DNA of 32,000 bases from Psychrobacter cryohalolentis K5 (lineage in GTDB: Bacteria; Pseudomonadota; Gammaproteobacteria; Pseudomonadales; Moraxellaceae): contig NC_007969.1 in assembly GCF_000013905.1 (NCBI RefSeq), positions 1,230,001-1,262,000 of the forward strand. The letters run 5' to 3'. A program made the translations under genes and the position numbers. The notes beneath the pieces are model-generated. The model saw only the letters and a program-made list of their open reading frames with translations, was not told where the DNA came from and searched no databases. Every line of letters begins with the position of its first letter. Positions within the stretch are counted from its first letter, which is position 1. Below, piece after piece: positions 1 through 10,358 of this stretch.

Positions 1-158
1 TCAGCACGACGTGCTTCGAACTTTTCAATGTTAGCTTTAGTAGCAGGTAGTGCTTTACCCAAAGGGATAAGAAAGTTACGTCCGTAACCTGGTTTTACAT
101 CGACAGTTTCACCGAGTTTGCCAAGGTTGACGATACGCTGTAACAAAATAATTTGCAT
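1..158 (-). CDS. rplI: 50S ribosomal protein L9, N-terminal part (gene runs off the window start)
   Basis: Absent from the ORF track because it is truncated. My minus-strand translation from the ATG at 158-156 gives [52 protein letters not shown], the conserved L9 N-terminal domain. AGGA lies about 7 nt upstream. It sits directly downstream of rpsF-rpsR, as in the conserved operon. Confidence 0.9.
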   Translation of the reverse strand, partial: MQIILLQRIVNLGKLGETVDVKPGYGRNFLIPLGKALPATKANIEKFEARRA

Positions 159-178
159 GAGTCATTCCTAGTTAACGG

Positions 179-409
179 TTAACCCTGATGGTTATCAGTG
201 TATGGAAGTAGCGATAAATAACGAGCTTGCTTGATAGCAGTCGCTAGTTGACGCTGATATTTAGTAGACGTACCGGTAATACGGCTTGGTACGATTTTGC
301 CATTATCACTGATATACTGTTTTAGCAATTCAACATCTTTATAATCGATGTGAGTGATACCTTCAGCAGTGAAACGGCAGAATTTGCGACGGCGATAAAA
401 ACGTGCCAT
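179..409 (-). CDS. rpsR: 30S ribosomal protein S18
   Basis: 76-aa [20 protein letters not shown]...[21 protein letters not shown] is a textbook S18 sequence. It starts 16 nt after the rpsF stop. Confidence 0.97.
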   Translation of the reverse strand: MARFYRRRKFCRFTAEGITHIDYKDVELLKQYISDNGKIVPSRITGTSTKYQRQLATAIKQARYLSLLPYTDNHQG

Positions 410-425
410 GATTATGCTCCTTTAA

Positions 426-821
426 TTAGTCATCACTGTGGTTGTCGTTGTCATCATTACTGTCTGGACGACGAGTAGTAGCTTTGCGTGCGCGTTTTTC
501 ATCGGCATTCTTGGCTAACTGCGACTCTTCAGTGACAGCATCATCACGGCGCATAACTAGACTACGAATGATCGCGTCGTTATAACGGAATAATTCTTCA
601 AGTTCAGCTAAAGTCTCGCCGTCAGTTTCAATGTTGAAAAGAACGTAATGAGCTTTGTGAATCTTGTTAATTGGGTAAGCAAGTTGACGACGACCCCAAT
701 CTTCTAGACGATGGATAGTGCCGTTGTTGTCTTGAACTAACTTGATATAGCGTTCAACCATGCCGACCACTTGGTCGCTTTGGTCTGGGTGTACAAGTAA
801 CACCAGTTCGTAATGTCGCAT
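426..821 (-). CDS. rpsF: 30S ribosomal protein S6 with an acidic C-terminal tail
   Basis: 131-aa [21 protein letters not shown]...AHYVLFNIE is a canonical S6. GGAG lies just upstream of the ATG. Confidence 0.97.
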   Translation of the reverse strand: MRHYELVLLVHPDQSDQVVGMVERYIKLVQDNNGTIHRLEDWGRRQLAYPINKIHKAHYVLFNIETDGETLAELEELFRYNDAIIRSLVMRRDDAVTEESQLAKNADEKRARKATTRRPDSNDDNDNHSDD

Positions 822-949
822 TATGACTCCTTACGGATTAGTAGCTATTAACCCTATGTTAATAGCAAGGAGATTTATAAGGTAAGCTCAAATCCTACCC
901 ATTACTATAAATAATTAACAGAGAATAAGCTTAGTTTATAAAGCGCCGT

Positions 950-978
950 ATTATAACAGTAGTCACTGATGAACACAA
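950..978 (-). promoter_or_regulatory. Candidate sigma70 promoter of the rpsF operon (TTGTGT-N17-TATAAT with an extended -10 TG)
   Basis: The minus strand reads ttgtgt tcatcagtgactactgt tataat. It lies about 130 nt upstream of the rpsF ATG and just downstream of the terminator of the preceding gene. Confidence 0.45.
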
Positions 979-1041
979 AGGTTAATCAATGCGCAACTGT
1001 TAATAAAAATTATTAATCGCATACCTTGTTTCTTTATCAAT

Positions 1042-1068
1042 AAAAAAGCAACGCTGATACGTCGCTTT
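1042..1068 (-). terminator. Rho-independent terminator after the GYF/RDD gene
   Basis: The minus strand reads agcgacg-tatcag-cgttgct (7-bp stem with one G.U pair) followed by tttttt. It lies 45-70 nt past the stop at 1112. Confidence 0.7.
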
Positions 1069-1111
1069 CTATGACAAACATAAGAGATATTGTTAATAAT
1101 CAAAAATAGGA

Positions 1112-2110
1112 TTATTTTATTTTTGGCTCTTTTATCAATTGACTACTATCTGCTTTAACTACCAAAGTTTTGGCCAATTTGTCGTGCCAACCAATGTTTT
1201 CAGGGCTTTTAGACGCCATATAATAATGAATAGCAATAAGGACAAAGCCTAAAAAGCTGGTAAACGAGAATAGTAAGTTATAAATGATAAACAGCAAAAA
1301 GGTACGCATACCAATAAGCTTTAAAAATGATGGCAGACGATGGGTGGTTTGATCAACCACACGAATACCCGTAATCATTTTGCCCAGCGATTGACCACGT
1401 AAAGTGATAAATAACAATTGCAAGGCAAACAAACCAAAGACCATGACCTGCGAGATCATCAACGTGCTGCTAGGCAAGCTTTCCATCAATGTCACTGAGT
1501 ACTGATAAGCAGCGTCCATATCCTGAATATTTTGGAACTTGGTATAGTCGACATCCATCTTGGTCAATGCCATGACTAGTGGAAAAATAGCTAATAAATA
1601 CAGTAAAGCATTCAGCGCCGTTGCCAATATCCGTGACATGATAGGAGCGAGTATCACATTACCCACTACTTTATCTTTCGCTGAAGCAGCCTTGGTCGCG
1701 TTAGATTTATTTAATGACACGTTGCTATTTGGCGTGTGATGACGATTGGTTGTCATATCTGCTTTGGTGTTTTTAGCCGTGTCTTTTGAACGTTCAGGCT
1801 TGCCATATAAACGATCTAGCGATACCGATTGTTTGTCTTTATTGGTATCTGCTGCATCGTCTTCTGGGAAGATAGTAACGTTGTTAATGATAGAATCATT
1901 AACCTCAGGCATCGCTACATGAGTTGGGCGATAAAAGGCTTGATTATTAGTTAAGTTACCCATGCGCTGCCACTGATCTAAGCCGTCATGCCAGACCAAA
2001 TCATCTAATAGCACTTCACCAGAGGTGAGCATAATATTGAGCTGATCCAAAGTGTAGGGACCGGCTTGTACGTTATTTCGAGCAAGGAAAATCTGCATAA
2101 TTGCCTGCAT
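1112..2110 (-). CDS. Membrane protein with an N-terminal GYF_2-type domain and a C-terminal RDD-family multi-TM domain
   Basis: The N-terminus, IFLARNNVQAGPYTLDQLNIMLTSGEVLLDDLVWHDGLDQWQRMGNL, matches the GYF_2 pattern. A low-complexity linker follows. The C-terminal roughly 180 aa are hydrophobic helices with the RDD-like LGKMITGIRVVD motif. The start could be M1 or M5. Confidence 0.75.
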   Translation of the reverse strand: MQAIMQIFLARNNVQAGPYTLDQLNIMLTSGEVLLDDLVWHDGLDQWQRMGNLTNNQAFYRPTHVAMPEVNDSIINNVTIFPEDDAADTNKDKQSVSLDRLYGKPERSKDTAKNTKADMTTNRHHTPNSNVSLNKSNATKAASAKDKVVGNVILAPIMSRILATALNALLYLLAIFPLVMALTKMDVDYTKFQNIQDMDAAYQYSVTLMESLPSSTLMISQVMVFGLFALQLLFITLRGQSLGKMITGIRVVDQTTHRLPSFLKLIGMRTFLLFIIYNLLFSFTSFLGFVLIAIHYYMASKSPENIGWHDKLAKTLVVKADSSQLIKEPKIK

Positions 2111-2175
2111 AGTTAGTCATGTCTTAAGTCACTGTTTTAAAAAACTGCTTTTCAGTCACTATTGATCATACATTA

Positions 2176-2214
2176 TATTAGGGTCTATTTGAAAAAATCA
2201 AATAGACCCTAATA
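2176..2214 (-). terminator. Very strong hairpin (17-bp perfect stem, 5-nt A/T loop) downstream of ppsA; a terminator or RNA-stabilising element without a clear U-tract
   Basis: tattagggtctatttga-aaaaa-tcaaatagaccctaata read directly from the sequence. It lies 52-90 nt past the ppsA stop. Confidence 0.5.
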
Positions 2215-2265
2215 ATTGTATCTTAAATGACGGTGTGAATTAACGTTGTGACGTAACGTTACAGC

Positions 2266-4650
2266 TTACTTCGCTTCTTCACCCGCTAAGAAGAACCAAG
2301 TATCTAGTACTGAGTCAGGGTTCAATGATACTGAGCTGATGCCTTGCTCCATGAGCCATAAAGCTAGATCTGGATGGTCTGATGGACCTTGACCACAGAT
2401 ACCGACGTATTTATTTTGCTTACGGCAAGCATCAATTGCCATTGACAACAGCTTTTTAACCGCAGGGTCACGCTCATCAAATAGATGTGAGACGATACCT
2501 GAGTCACGGTCAAGACCTAGAGTCAACTGCGTCAAATCGTTTGAACCGATTGAAAAACCATCGAAATGCTCTAGGAACTCTTCTGCTAGTAAGCAGTTGG
2601 TTGGTAGCTCACACATCATGATGATGCGTAGACCATTTTCGCCACGTTTTAGACCATTTTTCTCAAGCAATTCGATGACTTGTTTGGCTTCGCCGACGGT
2701 ACGGACGAATGGAATCATAATCTCGACGTTGGTCAAGCCCATCTCATCACGAACGCGTTTAAGCGCTTTACACTCTAGCTCAAAGCAGTCACGGAAGTTA
2801 TCAGACACGTAGCGGCTAGCACCACGGAAACCAAGCATTGGGTTTTCTTCTGATGGCTCGTATAACTTACCACCAAGCAAGTTAGCGTATTCGTTTGATT
2901 TGAAATCTGACATACGAACGATAACAGGCTGATCCATAAAGGCTACAGCGAGCGTTGAGATGCCTTCAACCAATTTGTCCACATAGAAGTCAACAGGTGA
3001 GGCATAACCTGCGATGCGCTCATTGATGGCTTGTGCAATTTCACGTGGCAAGCTGTTCATGTTTAGCAATGCTTTTGGATGCACACCAATCATACGGTTG
3101 ATGATGAACTCAAGACGCGCAAGACCAATCCCTTCGTTTGGCATTTGGGTAAATGAGAAGGCACGATCTGGATTACCAACGTTCATCATGACTTTGAATG
3201 CAAGCTCAGGCATAGATTCTACAGAGTTGGTCTGTACTTCAAAATCAATCTGACTTTCATAAATGAAGCCAGTATCACCTTCGGCACAAGAAGCAGTCAC
3301 ATCTTGACCATCAACCAATAGCTCAGTGGCATTACCACAACCAACGATAGCGGGGACGCCTAGCTCACGAGCGATAATCGCTGCGTGACAAGTACGACCA
3401 CCACGGTTGGTAATGATAGCAGAAGCACGCTTCATGACTGGTTCCCAATCCGGATCCGTCATGTCTGATACCAATACATCGCCTTCTTGTACTTTATCCA
3501 TCTCATTTAGGTTGCTAACGATACGGACTTTACCTGAACCGATACGTTGACCAATTGAGCGACCTTCACACAATACTTTAGCGTTAGTCGTGTCGATGAT
3601 ATAACGTTCCATGACATTGCTGTCTTGGCGACTCTTAACCGTTTCAGGACGAGCCTGAACGATAAAGATTTCATTGGTGTCGCCGTCTTTTGCCCACTCG
3701 ATATCCATTGCTTGACCATAATGCTTTTCAATGGTCATGGCTTGCTTAGCAAGTGATGTCAGCTCTTCCGTAGACAAAGAGAACTGCATGCGATCTTCTT
3801 TTTCGACATCAATGACTTTAACTGATTTGGTGGTACTACCTTCATCACCATAAATCATTTTCTTGTGCTTGCTACCTAAGTTGCGACGGATAATCGCAGG
3901 TTTGCCGTTAGCAAGTAATTGTTTTGACACATAGAATTCATCAGGATTTACGGCGCCCTGTACAACCATTTCACCTAGACCATAGCTTGAAGTGATAAAG
4001 ACCACTTGATCAAAACCACTTTCGGTATCTAGTGTGAACATAACGCCAGCAGCACCAGTTTCTGAACGAACCATACGCTGTACAGCAGCAGACAATGCTA
4101 CGCCTTCATGCTCAAAACCTTTGTGTACACGATAAGAGATGGCACGGTCATTATAAAGAGATGCAAATACTTCTTTAATTGCAATTAGGACGTTATCAAT
4201 GCCGCGAATGTTTAAGAACGTTTCTTGCTGACCAGCAAATGAGGCATCTGGCAAATCTTCAGCAGTAGCAGAAGAACGTACCGCAACCGCGATTTCTTTA
4301 CCATCGCTCATTGCTTCGAATGAATCACGAACCGCTTGCTCAAGATCTTTCGGCAGTTCTTGCTCAATAATCCAAGTACGGATTTTTTTGCCCGTTTCAG
4401 CAAGTTTATTGACATCATTAACATCTAAGGTTTTAAGCTCGCCGTTAATTTTATCAAGTAAGCCTGTTTCTGTTAGAAACTGGTAAAAAGCATTTGAAGT
4501 TGTGGCAAAGCCGCCTGGAACACTAACGCCCAAATCAGATAGATGGCTGATCATTTCACCAAGTGAAGCGTTTTTGCCACCGACCATTTCAATGTCGTCT
4601 TTTCCTAACTGATCAAGGTTAATTACAAGTGCTGTAGATTGCGCTGCCAT
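2266..4650 (-). CDS. ppsA: Phosphoenolpyruvate synthase (pyruvate, water dikinase)
   Basis: 794-aa ORF with the PEP-utilising-enzyme signatures [18 protein letters not shown] (phosphohistidine swivel domain) and a C-terminal TIM-barrel region ([10 protein letters not shown]). Length and order match PpsA. Confidence 0.97.
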   Translation of the reverse strand: MAAQSTALVINLDQLGKDDIEMVGGKNASLGEMISHLSDLGVSVPGGFATTSNAFYQFLTETGLLDKINGELKTLDVNDVNKLAETGKKIRTWIIEQELPKDLEQAVRDSFEAMSDGKEIAVAVRSSATAEDLPDASFAGQQETFLNIRGIDNVLIAIKEVFASLYNDRAISYRVHKGFEHEGVALSAAVQRMVRSETGAAGVMFTLDTESGFDQVVFITSSYGLGEMVVQGAVNPDEFYVSKQLLANGKPAIIRRNLGSKHKKMIYGDEGSTTKSVKVIDVEKEDRMQFSLSTEELTSLAKQAMTIEKHYGQAMDIEWAKDGDTNEIFIVQARPETVKSRQDSNVMERYIIDTTNAKVLCEGRSIGQRIGSGKVRIVSNLNEMDKVQEGDVLVSDMTDPDWEPVMKRASAIITNRGGRTCHAAIIARELGVPAIVGCGNATELLVDGQDVTASCAEGDTGFIYESQIDFEVQTNSVESMPELAFKVMMNVGNPDRAFSFTQMPNEGIGLARLEFIINRMIGVHPKALLNMNSLPREIAQAINERIAGYASPVDFYVDKLVEGISTLAVAFMDQPVIVRMSDFKSNEYANLLGGKLYEPSEENPMLGFRGASRYVSDNFRDCFELECKALKRVRDEMGLTNVEIMIPFVRTVGEAKQVIELLEKNGLKRGENGLRIIMMCELPTNCLLAEEFLEHFDGFSIGSNDLTQLTLGLDRDSGIVSHLFDERDPAVKKLLSMAIDACRKQNKYVGICGQGPSDHPDLALWLMEQGISSVSLNPDSVLDTWFFLAGEEAK

Positions 4651-5024
4651 GATAACTCCAGAAAATAAGGTTATTTAGTAAAGATTATAATGGTCGATTA
4701 TACCCCTATATTTTGAGAATTTCGAGAGCTTGAAGCAAAAAAATGATGAAAAAGCTACAAATTGTGAGATTTGCTACATATTTATTAGGCTAAATCATAA
4801 ATTTTGGTACGATAAATATCCATCTTACAGTGAGCCGAGTCTTAAAAATCTATGTAAGTCTAAGTGTACGCCTGTAACATTGATTACTATTAAGCGTCTA
4901 TTATGCGTATAATAAAGGTGAAAATTTGAGACGCATATGACCAAATTATGAAGCGCTAGATGCTAAAAATGAAAGGCTGCTACTGAGGTTTCAACCAAGG
5001 ATTTAAAAATAAGGTATCAACGTT

Positions 5025-5921
5025 ATGTATGTAAATCATTCGTCACCACAACCCAATTCTACGATTCAAAATATGAAAGCACTAGAAGTTGATAACGCTC
5101 AAAACATAAGAACGGCGTTTTTTATCTCTGATGGCACGGCGATTACAGCAGAAACGCTTGGCCGTGCTATTTTAAGCCAATTTGCTTCAGTGCCCTTTGA
5201 GACTCGAGTATTGCCTTATGTGGATAATCTAGAACGTGCTGAAGATGCGGTTGTGCAAATCAATACCGCCTATCAGCGAGATGGCTTGCTGCCACTGGTG
5301 TTTGATACTATTGTTAGTCCTGAGATTCGTGAGAAAATCAATTCAGCACACAGTTGTAATCTTGATATGTATGAAGGTCTAATCGGTCGCGTTGCAGAAG
5401 AGACGGGCGTGGAGCCAGATGGGCATTCAGGTCATGCCCATGATAACGTCGACTCTGAGACTTATAAAGAGCGTATTGATGCGGTGCATTTTGCTTTAGA
5501 TAACGATGACGGCGCTCGTACCCGTCATTATCATGCAGCAGATATTATTTTGATTGGCGTTTCACGCTCTGGTAAAACGCCAACCTCATTATATTTGGCA
5601 CTACAATTTGGTATTCGAGCGGCCAATTATCCTTTAACCGAAGAAGACCTAAACGACAACCAGCTACCTAAAGCATTGCGTGAGCATAAACACAAGTTAT
5701 TTGGTCTGATTATCGATACGGATCGCTTGGTGAAAATCCGCCAAGAGCGTCGCGCGGGTAGTCGCTACTCAAGTTATCAGCAATGTCAGCAAGAACAGCG
5801 CGCAATACAAGGAATTTATACCTCGCAGGGGATTCCAAGCCTTGATGTGTCAGAGATGTCCGTTGAAGAGATTGCCACGCGTATATTGCAGATGACTGGT
5901 CTCAAACGCCGCATTGGCTAA
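5025..5921 (+). CDS. ppsR: PEP synthase regulatory protein (bifunctional kinase/pyrophosphorylase, DUF299/YdiA family)
   Basis: FFISDGTAITAETLGRAILSQF and the P-loop GVSRSGKTPTS match PpsR. It is divergent from ppsA, as in enterics. By alignment to E. coli YdiA the true start may be the internal ATG at 5073 (MKALEV...). Confidence 0.9.
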   Translation: MYVNHSSPQPNSTIQNMKALEVDNAQNIRTAFFISDGTAITAETLGRAILSQFASVPFETRVLPYVDNLERAEDAVVQINTAYQRDGLLPLVFDTIVSPEIREKINSAHSCNLDMYEGLIGRVAEETGVEPDGHSGHAHDNVDSETYKERIDAVHFALDNDDGARTRHYHAADIILIGVSRSGKTPTSLYLALQFGIRAANYPLTEEDLNDNQLPKALREHKHKLFGLIIDTDRLVKIRQERRAGSRYSSYQQCQQEQRAIQGIYTSQGIPSLDVSEMSVEEIATRILQMTGLKRRIG

Positions 5922-6100
5922 TTGAGCTCGGCCTCTATTTTTCTGAAAAATAATACTTTTGAAAAAAACAGTTGTAGTGGTGTCTGTATTGCAAAATAAC
6001 GTATCACCACGTATGGTGGACACACTTTAGCACCATGGATATTTTTATCTAGACATTTATAAAGATGAAGGCATCCGCGAGCTAAAAAACAGATTCATAA

Positions 6101-7762
6101 ATGAATAAAGAGGACACGATGGGAAGCAAAACGATAGGCGACGCGACCAATGATACTGGTAAAGATATTAAAACTGAGGTATCTAATAAGGAAAGTGGTC
6201 GTGTGCCAAACCCCGAGCATACTGAGGGTAAAAATAAAAAAGAGAAAATCGAACAAACGCATGAGCAAGTTACTGAAGACATCATGCATCATCCAGATTT
6301 GGTCAATCCACTAGATGATACACGTATCGACGTAAAATCGGGCTTTACTAAGGATTCACAACGTCTAAAAAGCGATAAGCATGAGTTTGAATATGATGCG
6401 GTCGTATTAGGTGCAGGTCCTGCGGGTGAAGCTGCTGCCATGAAACTTGCCAAATCGGGCAAGAAGGTAGTGGTTATTGACCCGCGCGAGCAAGTAGGCG
6501 GTAACTGTACTCACGTTGGTACGATTCCAAGTAAAGCTTTGCGCCAGTCCGTTTTTAACTTGATTAACTTTCGCCGTGACCAAATGTTTACTAAGGCCAT
6601 GGACTATCATCAAGTCCCGCTGAATATCGTGTTAGCTAAAGCTCGAAAAGTGATTTTGCAACAGGTTCAGACGCACACCAGATTCTATGAGCGCAACCAA
6701 ATCGAAGTGATTCATGGTTGGGCAAATTTTATCGATAAAAACACGATACGTATCGAAATTGATGAAAATACCTTTGAAACGATCACCTTTAACAAAGCTA
6801 TCATTACGGTCGGCAGCCGTCCATACCGCCCTGATATCTTAGACTTCAATCATCCACGCGTATTTGATTCTGATAAAATCCTACAGATGGATTATGTGGT
6901 TAAGAAAATCATTATTTATGGCGCTGGCGTGATTGGCTGTGAGTATGCGTCTATCTTCACCGGTCTTGGCTATAAAGTAGATTTGATTAATAACCAAAAC
7001 CAACTGCTAAGCTATTTGGATAGTGAAATCAGTGACGCCATCGCTCATGACTTTCGTCAATTTGGCGTAGTTATCCGTAGCAATGAAGAGATTGACCATT
7101 TAGAAACGCATGATGACTGTGTGATTTTGCATCTAAAAAGTGGTAAGAAAATCAAGTCAGACGCTATTTTATGGTCGAATGGACGCTCAGGTAATACTGA
7201 AGGCTTAAATTTAGAATGCCTAGGTCTAGAAGCCAATAGCCGCGGTCAGCTGAAAGTTGATGATACTTACTGTACCGAAGTTGAAAACATCTATGCAGCG
7301 GGCGATGTTATCGGTTGGCCTTCATTAGCTTCTGCTGCTTACGACCAAGGGCGCTGTGCGGCGGCATTTATGGTCGGTGACCGTGATGCAGAGCCCGTAT
7401 CGAGCGTACCAACAGGTATTTATACTATTCCTGAGATTTCATGTATCGGTAAAACGGAACAAGAATTAACCGATGCCAAAGTTCCTTATGAGGTCGGTCA
7501 GGCTTTCTTTAAGCATCTTGCACGCGCGCAAATCATTGGTGAGCGTTCAGGCGTTCTAAAAATCTTGTTCCACCGTGAGACGTTAGAGATTTTAGGGATT
7601 CACTGCTACGGCAATCATGCCTCTGAGATTATCCACATTGGGCAAGCAGTGATGAAATGTAATGCCACGCTTGAATACTTTGTCAATACCACCTTTAACT
7701 ACCCAACAATGGCAGAAGCCTATCGCGTTGCGGCATTGAATGGTCTTAATCGGGTGTTCTAA
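6101..7762 (+). CDS. sthA: Soluble pyridine nucleotide transhydrogenase with a roughly 90-aa K/E/T-rich N-terminal extension
   Basis: From [21 protein letters not shown]...[17 protein letters not shown] to ...[24 protein letters not shown] it is collinear with E. coli SthA. The likely real start is the ATG at 6119, preceded by AGAGGA with a 4-nt spacer. Confidence 0.93.
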   Translation: MNKEDTMGSKTIGDATNDTGKDIKTEVSNKESGRVPNPEHTEGKNKKEKIEQTHEQVTEDIMHHPDLVNPLDDTRIDVKSGFTKDSQRLKSDKHEFEYDAVVLGAGPAGEAAAMKLAKSGKKVVVIDPREQVGGNCTHVGTIPSKALRQSVFNLINFRRDQMFTKAMDYHQVPLNIVLAKARKVILQQVQTHTRFYERNQIEVIHGWANFIDKNTIRIEIDENTFETITFNKAIITVGSRPYRPDILDFNHPRVFDSDKILQMDYVVKKIIIYGAGVIGCEYASIFTGLGYKVDLINNQNQLLSYLDSEISDAIAHDFRQFGVVIRSNEEIDHLETHDDCVILHLKSGKKIKSDAILWSNGRSGNTEGLNLECLGLEANSRGQLKVDDTYCTEVENIYAAGDVIGWPSLASAAYDQGRCAAAFMVGDRDAEPVSSVPTGIYTIPEISCIGKTEQELTDAKVPYEVGQAFFKHLARAQIIGERSGVLKILFHRETLEILGIHCYGNHASEIIHIGQAVMKCNATLEYFVNTTFNYPTMAEAYRVAALNGLNRVF

Positions 7763-7789
7763 CGATTAATGATATTAAACTGAGTCAAT

Positions 7790-7824
7790 AAAAAAGCGTC
7801 TGTAATTATACAGGCGCTTTTTTT
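7790..7824. terminator. Bidirectional rho-independent terminator between sthA (+) and the ABC-2 operon (-)
   Basis: aaaaaagcgtctgta-attа-tacaggcgcttttttt: a 10-bp stem with one G.U pair, flanked by an A-run on one side and a T-run on the other. Confidence 0.8.
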
Positions 7825-7857
7825 ATCATGGTTAATATGGTTAATATGTTATTAACT

Positions 7858-9051
7858 TTAATAAGCATTTTTACGTTCTGACGTTAACCAGCGGAATAGC
7901 AACAGTAGAATAAAGTAAAAAATCCACAATCCTGCCAACGCATAAAATCCTGTCGCTACTTGCGCGATACTAGCGCCCATTTGGTTAAGCTGCACGGAAG
8001 TATTGATACCTGGTGTCGTTGGCAATAACCAACGAATAATTTGCAAGAATTCAGGAAGCTGATGGGCAGGCCACGGATAGCCACTGACAAAAAACATCGG
8101 TAATGAGCTAAAAATTAAAATTTGCATACTACGCTCGCGCTGGCGAAACCAAAGTCCAAGCACGCAACCAAGTGTGGCGACTGTCGGACAAAATAGCAGC
8201 AAGAATAATAAACTGCCGAGCATGTTTTGCCCGCGCGGATAGTCATGAAGCTCAAATGCCCAGCCGTAATAAAAACAGCCAATCACAAAGCTAAACATAC
8301 TTAGCGCTGCAATCCGCCCAAGCCAGCCACGAATATTAGTTCTATGGCGTCGTTGCTCATACCAAGTGCCGATTAACATCGCCGTTGACATTAAAAGCGT
8401 TTGCTGCAAGATAAGAATAGACACCGCTGGCACGACGTAAGCGCCATAACCTTCCGTTTGATTATATAAAGGGATAATCTTTAACGGTACGGCTTGGGTT
8501 TTGGCAGAAGCAGTCGCTAAGTACGCCCCTTGTGCCACGTTTTTCTTTACCTCAATGCCAGCTGAGACGGTACTAACCGCTTGCAAAAATCCCATTTGTA
8601 CGTTTTTATTTAATAAAAAATAGCCGCCATTACCAAGTACGCTGACGCTAGCGGCTTTGCCTGACAACACTTGCTGTTCAAGTCCGCTTGGAATAATCAT
8701 GTAGCCTGCGATGTCATCCGCCCACATGGCATCGATGGCTTGCTGTTCATTTAAGAAGCGTTTTGTATCTAATTGCGGACTGGCACTGGCATAACGAACG
8801 ATGGTTTGCGATAAAGGACTATTGTCTTTATCAACAATGCCAACAGGTACGTGGTTTACAACTTCCGTAGAATACGGCCAAGGATAGAAAAAACCATAAA
8901 TAATCGGTGCAATCATCAATAGTAACAGCACACCTTTATCAGAAAACACGTCTTTTATAGTTTGTAAAAAGCTGCCAAAAAAGCTTGGCGATGCCAGAAT
9001 TTTCTCTGATTCTGTCATGATAGTAGAGGACTTGTTTTTGGATAATGACAT
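7858..9051 (-). CDS. ABC-2 type transporter permease (YhhJ/YbhR-like)
   Basis: 397 aa with one N-terminal TM helix, a roughly 150-aa periplasmic domain (VGIVDKDNSPLSQ...) and then a C-terminal bundle of 5 TM helices, which is the ABC2_membrane_3 architecture. Its start overlaps the upstream stop (TGATG at 9049-9053). Confidence 0.85.
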   Translation of the reverse strand: MSLSKNKSSTIMTESEKILASPSFFGSFLQTIKDVFSDKGVLLLLMIAPIIYGFFYPWPYSTEVVNHVPVGIVDKDNSPLSQTIVRYASASPQLDTKRFLNEQQAIDAMWADDIAGYMIIPSGLEQQVLSGKAASVSVLGNGGYFLLNKNVQMGFLQAVSTVSAGIEVKKNVAQGAYLATASAKTQAVPLKIIPLYNQTEGYGAYVVPAVSILILQQTLLMSTAMLIGTWYEQRRHRTNIRGWLGRIAALSMFSFVIGCFYYGWAFELHDYPRGQNMLGSLLFLLLFCPTVATLGCVLGLWFRQRERSMQILIFSSLPMFFVSGYPWPAHQLPEFLQIIRWLLPTTPGINTSVQLNQMGASIAQVATGFYALAGLWIFYFILLLLFRWLTSERKNAY

Positions 9052-10355
9052 CAGCGTGCTCCCCAGCGTTCAGGATGCGCTAATGCGCGTTTGCTTAGTA
9101 AAGCCGTTAAATATAGCGTAACGAGTGTTGCTAGCGTCAGCCCGTAAACAATCGGTAAGGATATGAGGACGGGCGCTTGCATCTGTAACTGGGCAATATG
9201 CAGCTTAAGATAATGAGTGAGTGGCAGCACATCTGACCAATGCTGGGCATTCTTACTGATAGCGACATAAGGAAACGTCACCCCAGCGAACGCATAAGAA
9301 GGTGCTGAGATAAAACCCGTCGCCGATAAACCCATACGCAATGAGAAGGAGCCTAAGGTAAATATAGCGCCAAGCCAGAAAGATAACATCATTAATAATA
9401 TAAGGCTTATATAGGTTACCATGAGCGCGCTAATAGCAATCGATTGTTGCGGCGCTGCCAGCCATAAAGCCAATATCGACCAAATACTATAAGCCAGTAG
9501 CGGCCAAAAGTACTTGCCCAATAAACCAAATACCAAAACCGGTATACTTACTTCTTCTGGTGCTTGGTTTTGACTGTCTGAGACATTATCTAATGGACTA
9601 GGTTGGCTGTTATTATTAGGTTGATCATTTTTAGATGGTAATGTTAAATAAACATGACTGCCATTAATAAAGTGATACCAGCGTCCGATTCGCTTGTCAC
9701 GCAATTCACGGCCGATCGTCGTTGCGCCAATCACCATTGCCAAAATATGCAGCAGCGCAGGAATGACTGTCGATGCCAAAAATTGCTGATAATCAGTCGC
9801 AGCATTAAACAAGCTAATACGTTGAATACTAATAGGAGAGTAGGCAATCGCAGCTTGTGATGGAGCCATCCCTTGCTTGACCAAGCGCTTCATCTCAACG
9901 CCTGCGGATAAGGTACCAATGACAGACTGTACGCTGGTTTGGATAATGCCAGAGTGGGTGCCATATTGGGCATTGACTTGGAGTACGATAGGAGCAGGCT
10001 TACTTAATAAGATATTACGAGAAAAATCTTCAGGGATAATGACGACTGCATAGATATCACGCTGCAAGATAGCAGCTTTTGCCGCAGCAGGTGTATGATA
10101 TAGCTGCTTTACCGTCAAATTAGGATTGGCTTCCAAATACCGTAATGCCGTATTGGCAACAGGCCCCCGATCATTATCAATCACGCCAATAGGCAAATCA
10201 GTGATTTGTATTTGTGAAAAAATCCACCAAATCAGCAGCACAGTAGCCAGCGGTATCCAGAACACCATCGCCAAGTCCCACGGATTTTTTACCAAAAAAC
10301 GTCGCTCGTAAGCTGCACTGCGTACAAAAGCATCCTTTAGCTTCGTCAGGCGCAT
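9051..10355 (-). CDS. ABC-2 type transporter permease (YbhS-like) with a Q/N/S/P-rich insertion
   Basis: 434 aa with the same topology as its neighbour (IGVIDNDRGPVAN... periplasmic domain). The low-complexity insert is LPSKNDQPNNNSQPSPLDNVSDSQNQAPEE. It starts 3 nt after the HlyD gene stop. Confidence 0.85.
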   Translation of the reverse strand: MRLTKLKDAFVRSAAYERRFLVKNPWDLAMVFWIPLATVLLIWWIFSQIQITDLPIGVIDNDRGPVANTALRYLEANPNLTVKQLYHTPAAAKAAILQRDIYAVVIIPEDFSRNILLSKPAPIVLQVNAQYGTHSGIIQTSVQSVIGTLSAGVEMKRLVKQGMAPSQAAIAYSPISIQRISLFNAATDYQQFLASTVIPALLHILAMVIGATTIGRELRDKRIGRWYHFINGSHVYLTLPSKNDQPNNNSQPSPLDNVSDSQNQAPEEVSIPVLVFGLLGKYFWPLLAYSIWSILALWLAAPQQSIAISALMVTYISLILLMMLSFWLGAIFTLGSFSLRMGLSATGFISAPSYAFAGVTFPYVAISKNAQHWSDVLPLTHYLKLHIAQLQMQAPVLISLPIVYGLTLATLVTLYLTALLSKRALAHPERWGAR

Positions 10356-10358
10356 AGC

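Noticed and set aside
2597-3731. ORF-track entries 2597-2812(+), 3014-3253(+) and 3507-3731(-) lying inside ppsA
   Set aside because: They are antisense or out-of-frame shadow ORFs within a strongly supported, fully conserved 794-aa ppsA reading frame. They have no RBS and their composition is low-complexity (R/S/L-rich).
4730-4912. 60-aa ORF in the ppsA/ppsR divergent intergenic region
   Set aside because: It has a TTG start and no SD. Its K/I/Y-rich sequence is typical of translated AT-rich promoter DNA. The region is more plausibly the two divergent promoters.
6082-6613. Minus-strand ORFs 6082-6285, 6095-6292 and 6407-6613 overlapping sthA
   Set aside because: They are antisense to the sthA extension and core. 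Their hydrophobic S/F/L-rich products are mirror images of a K/E-rich coding strand, and they have no RBS.
7828-7848. Tandem duplication atggttaat-atggttaat-atg next to the sthA terminator
   Set aside because: There are only two copies of a 9-nt unit in an intergenic spacer. It has no CRISPR-like or VNTR-like structure and is probably a trivial duplication.
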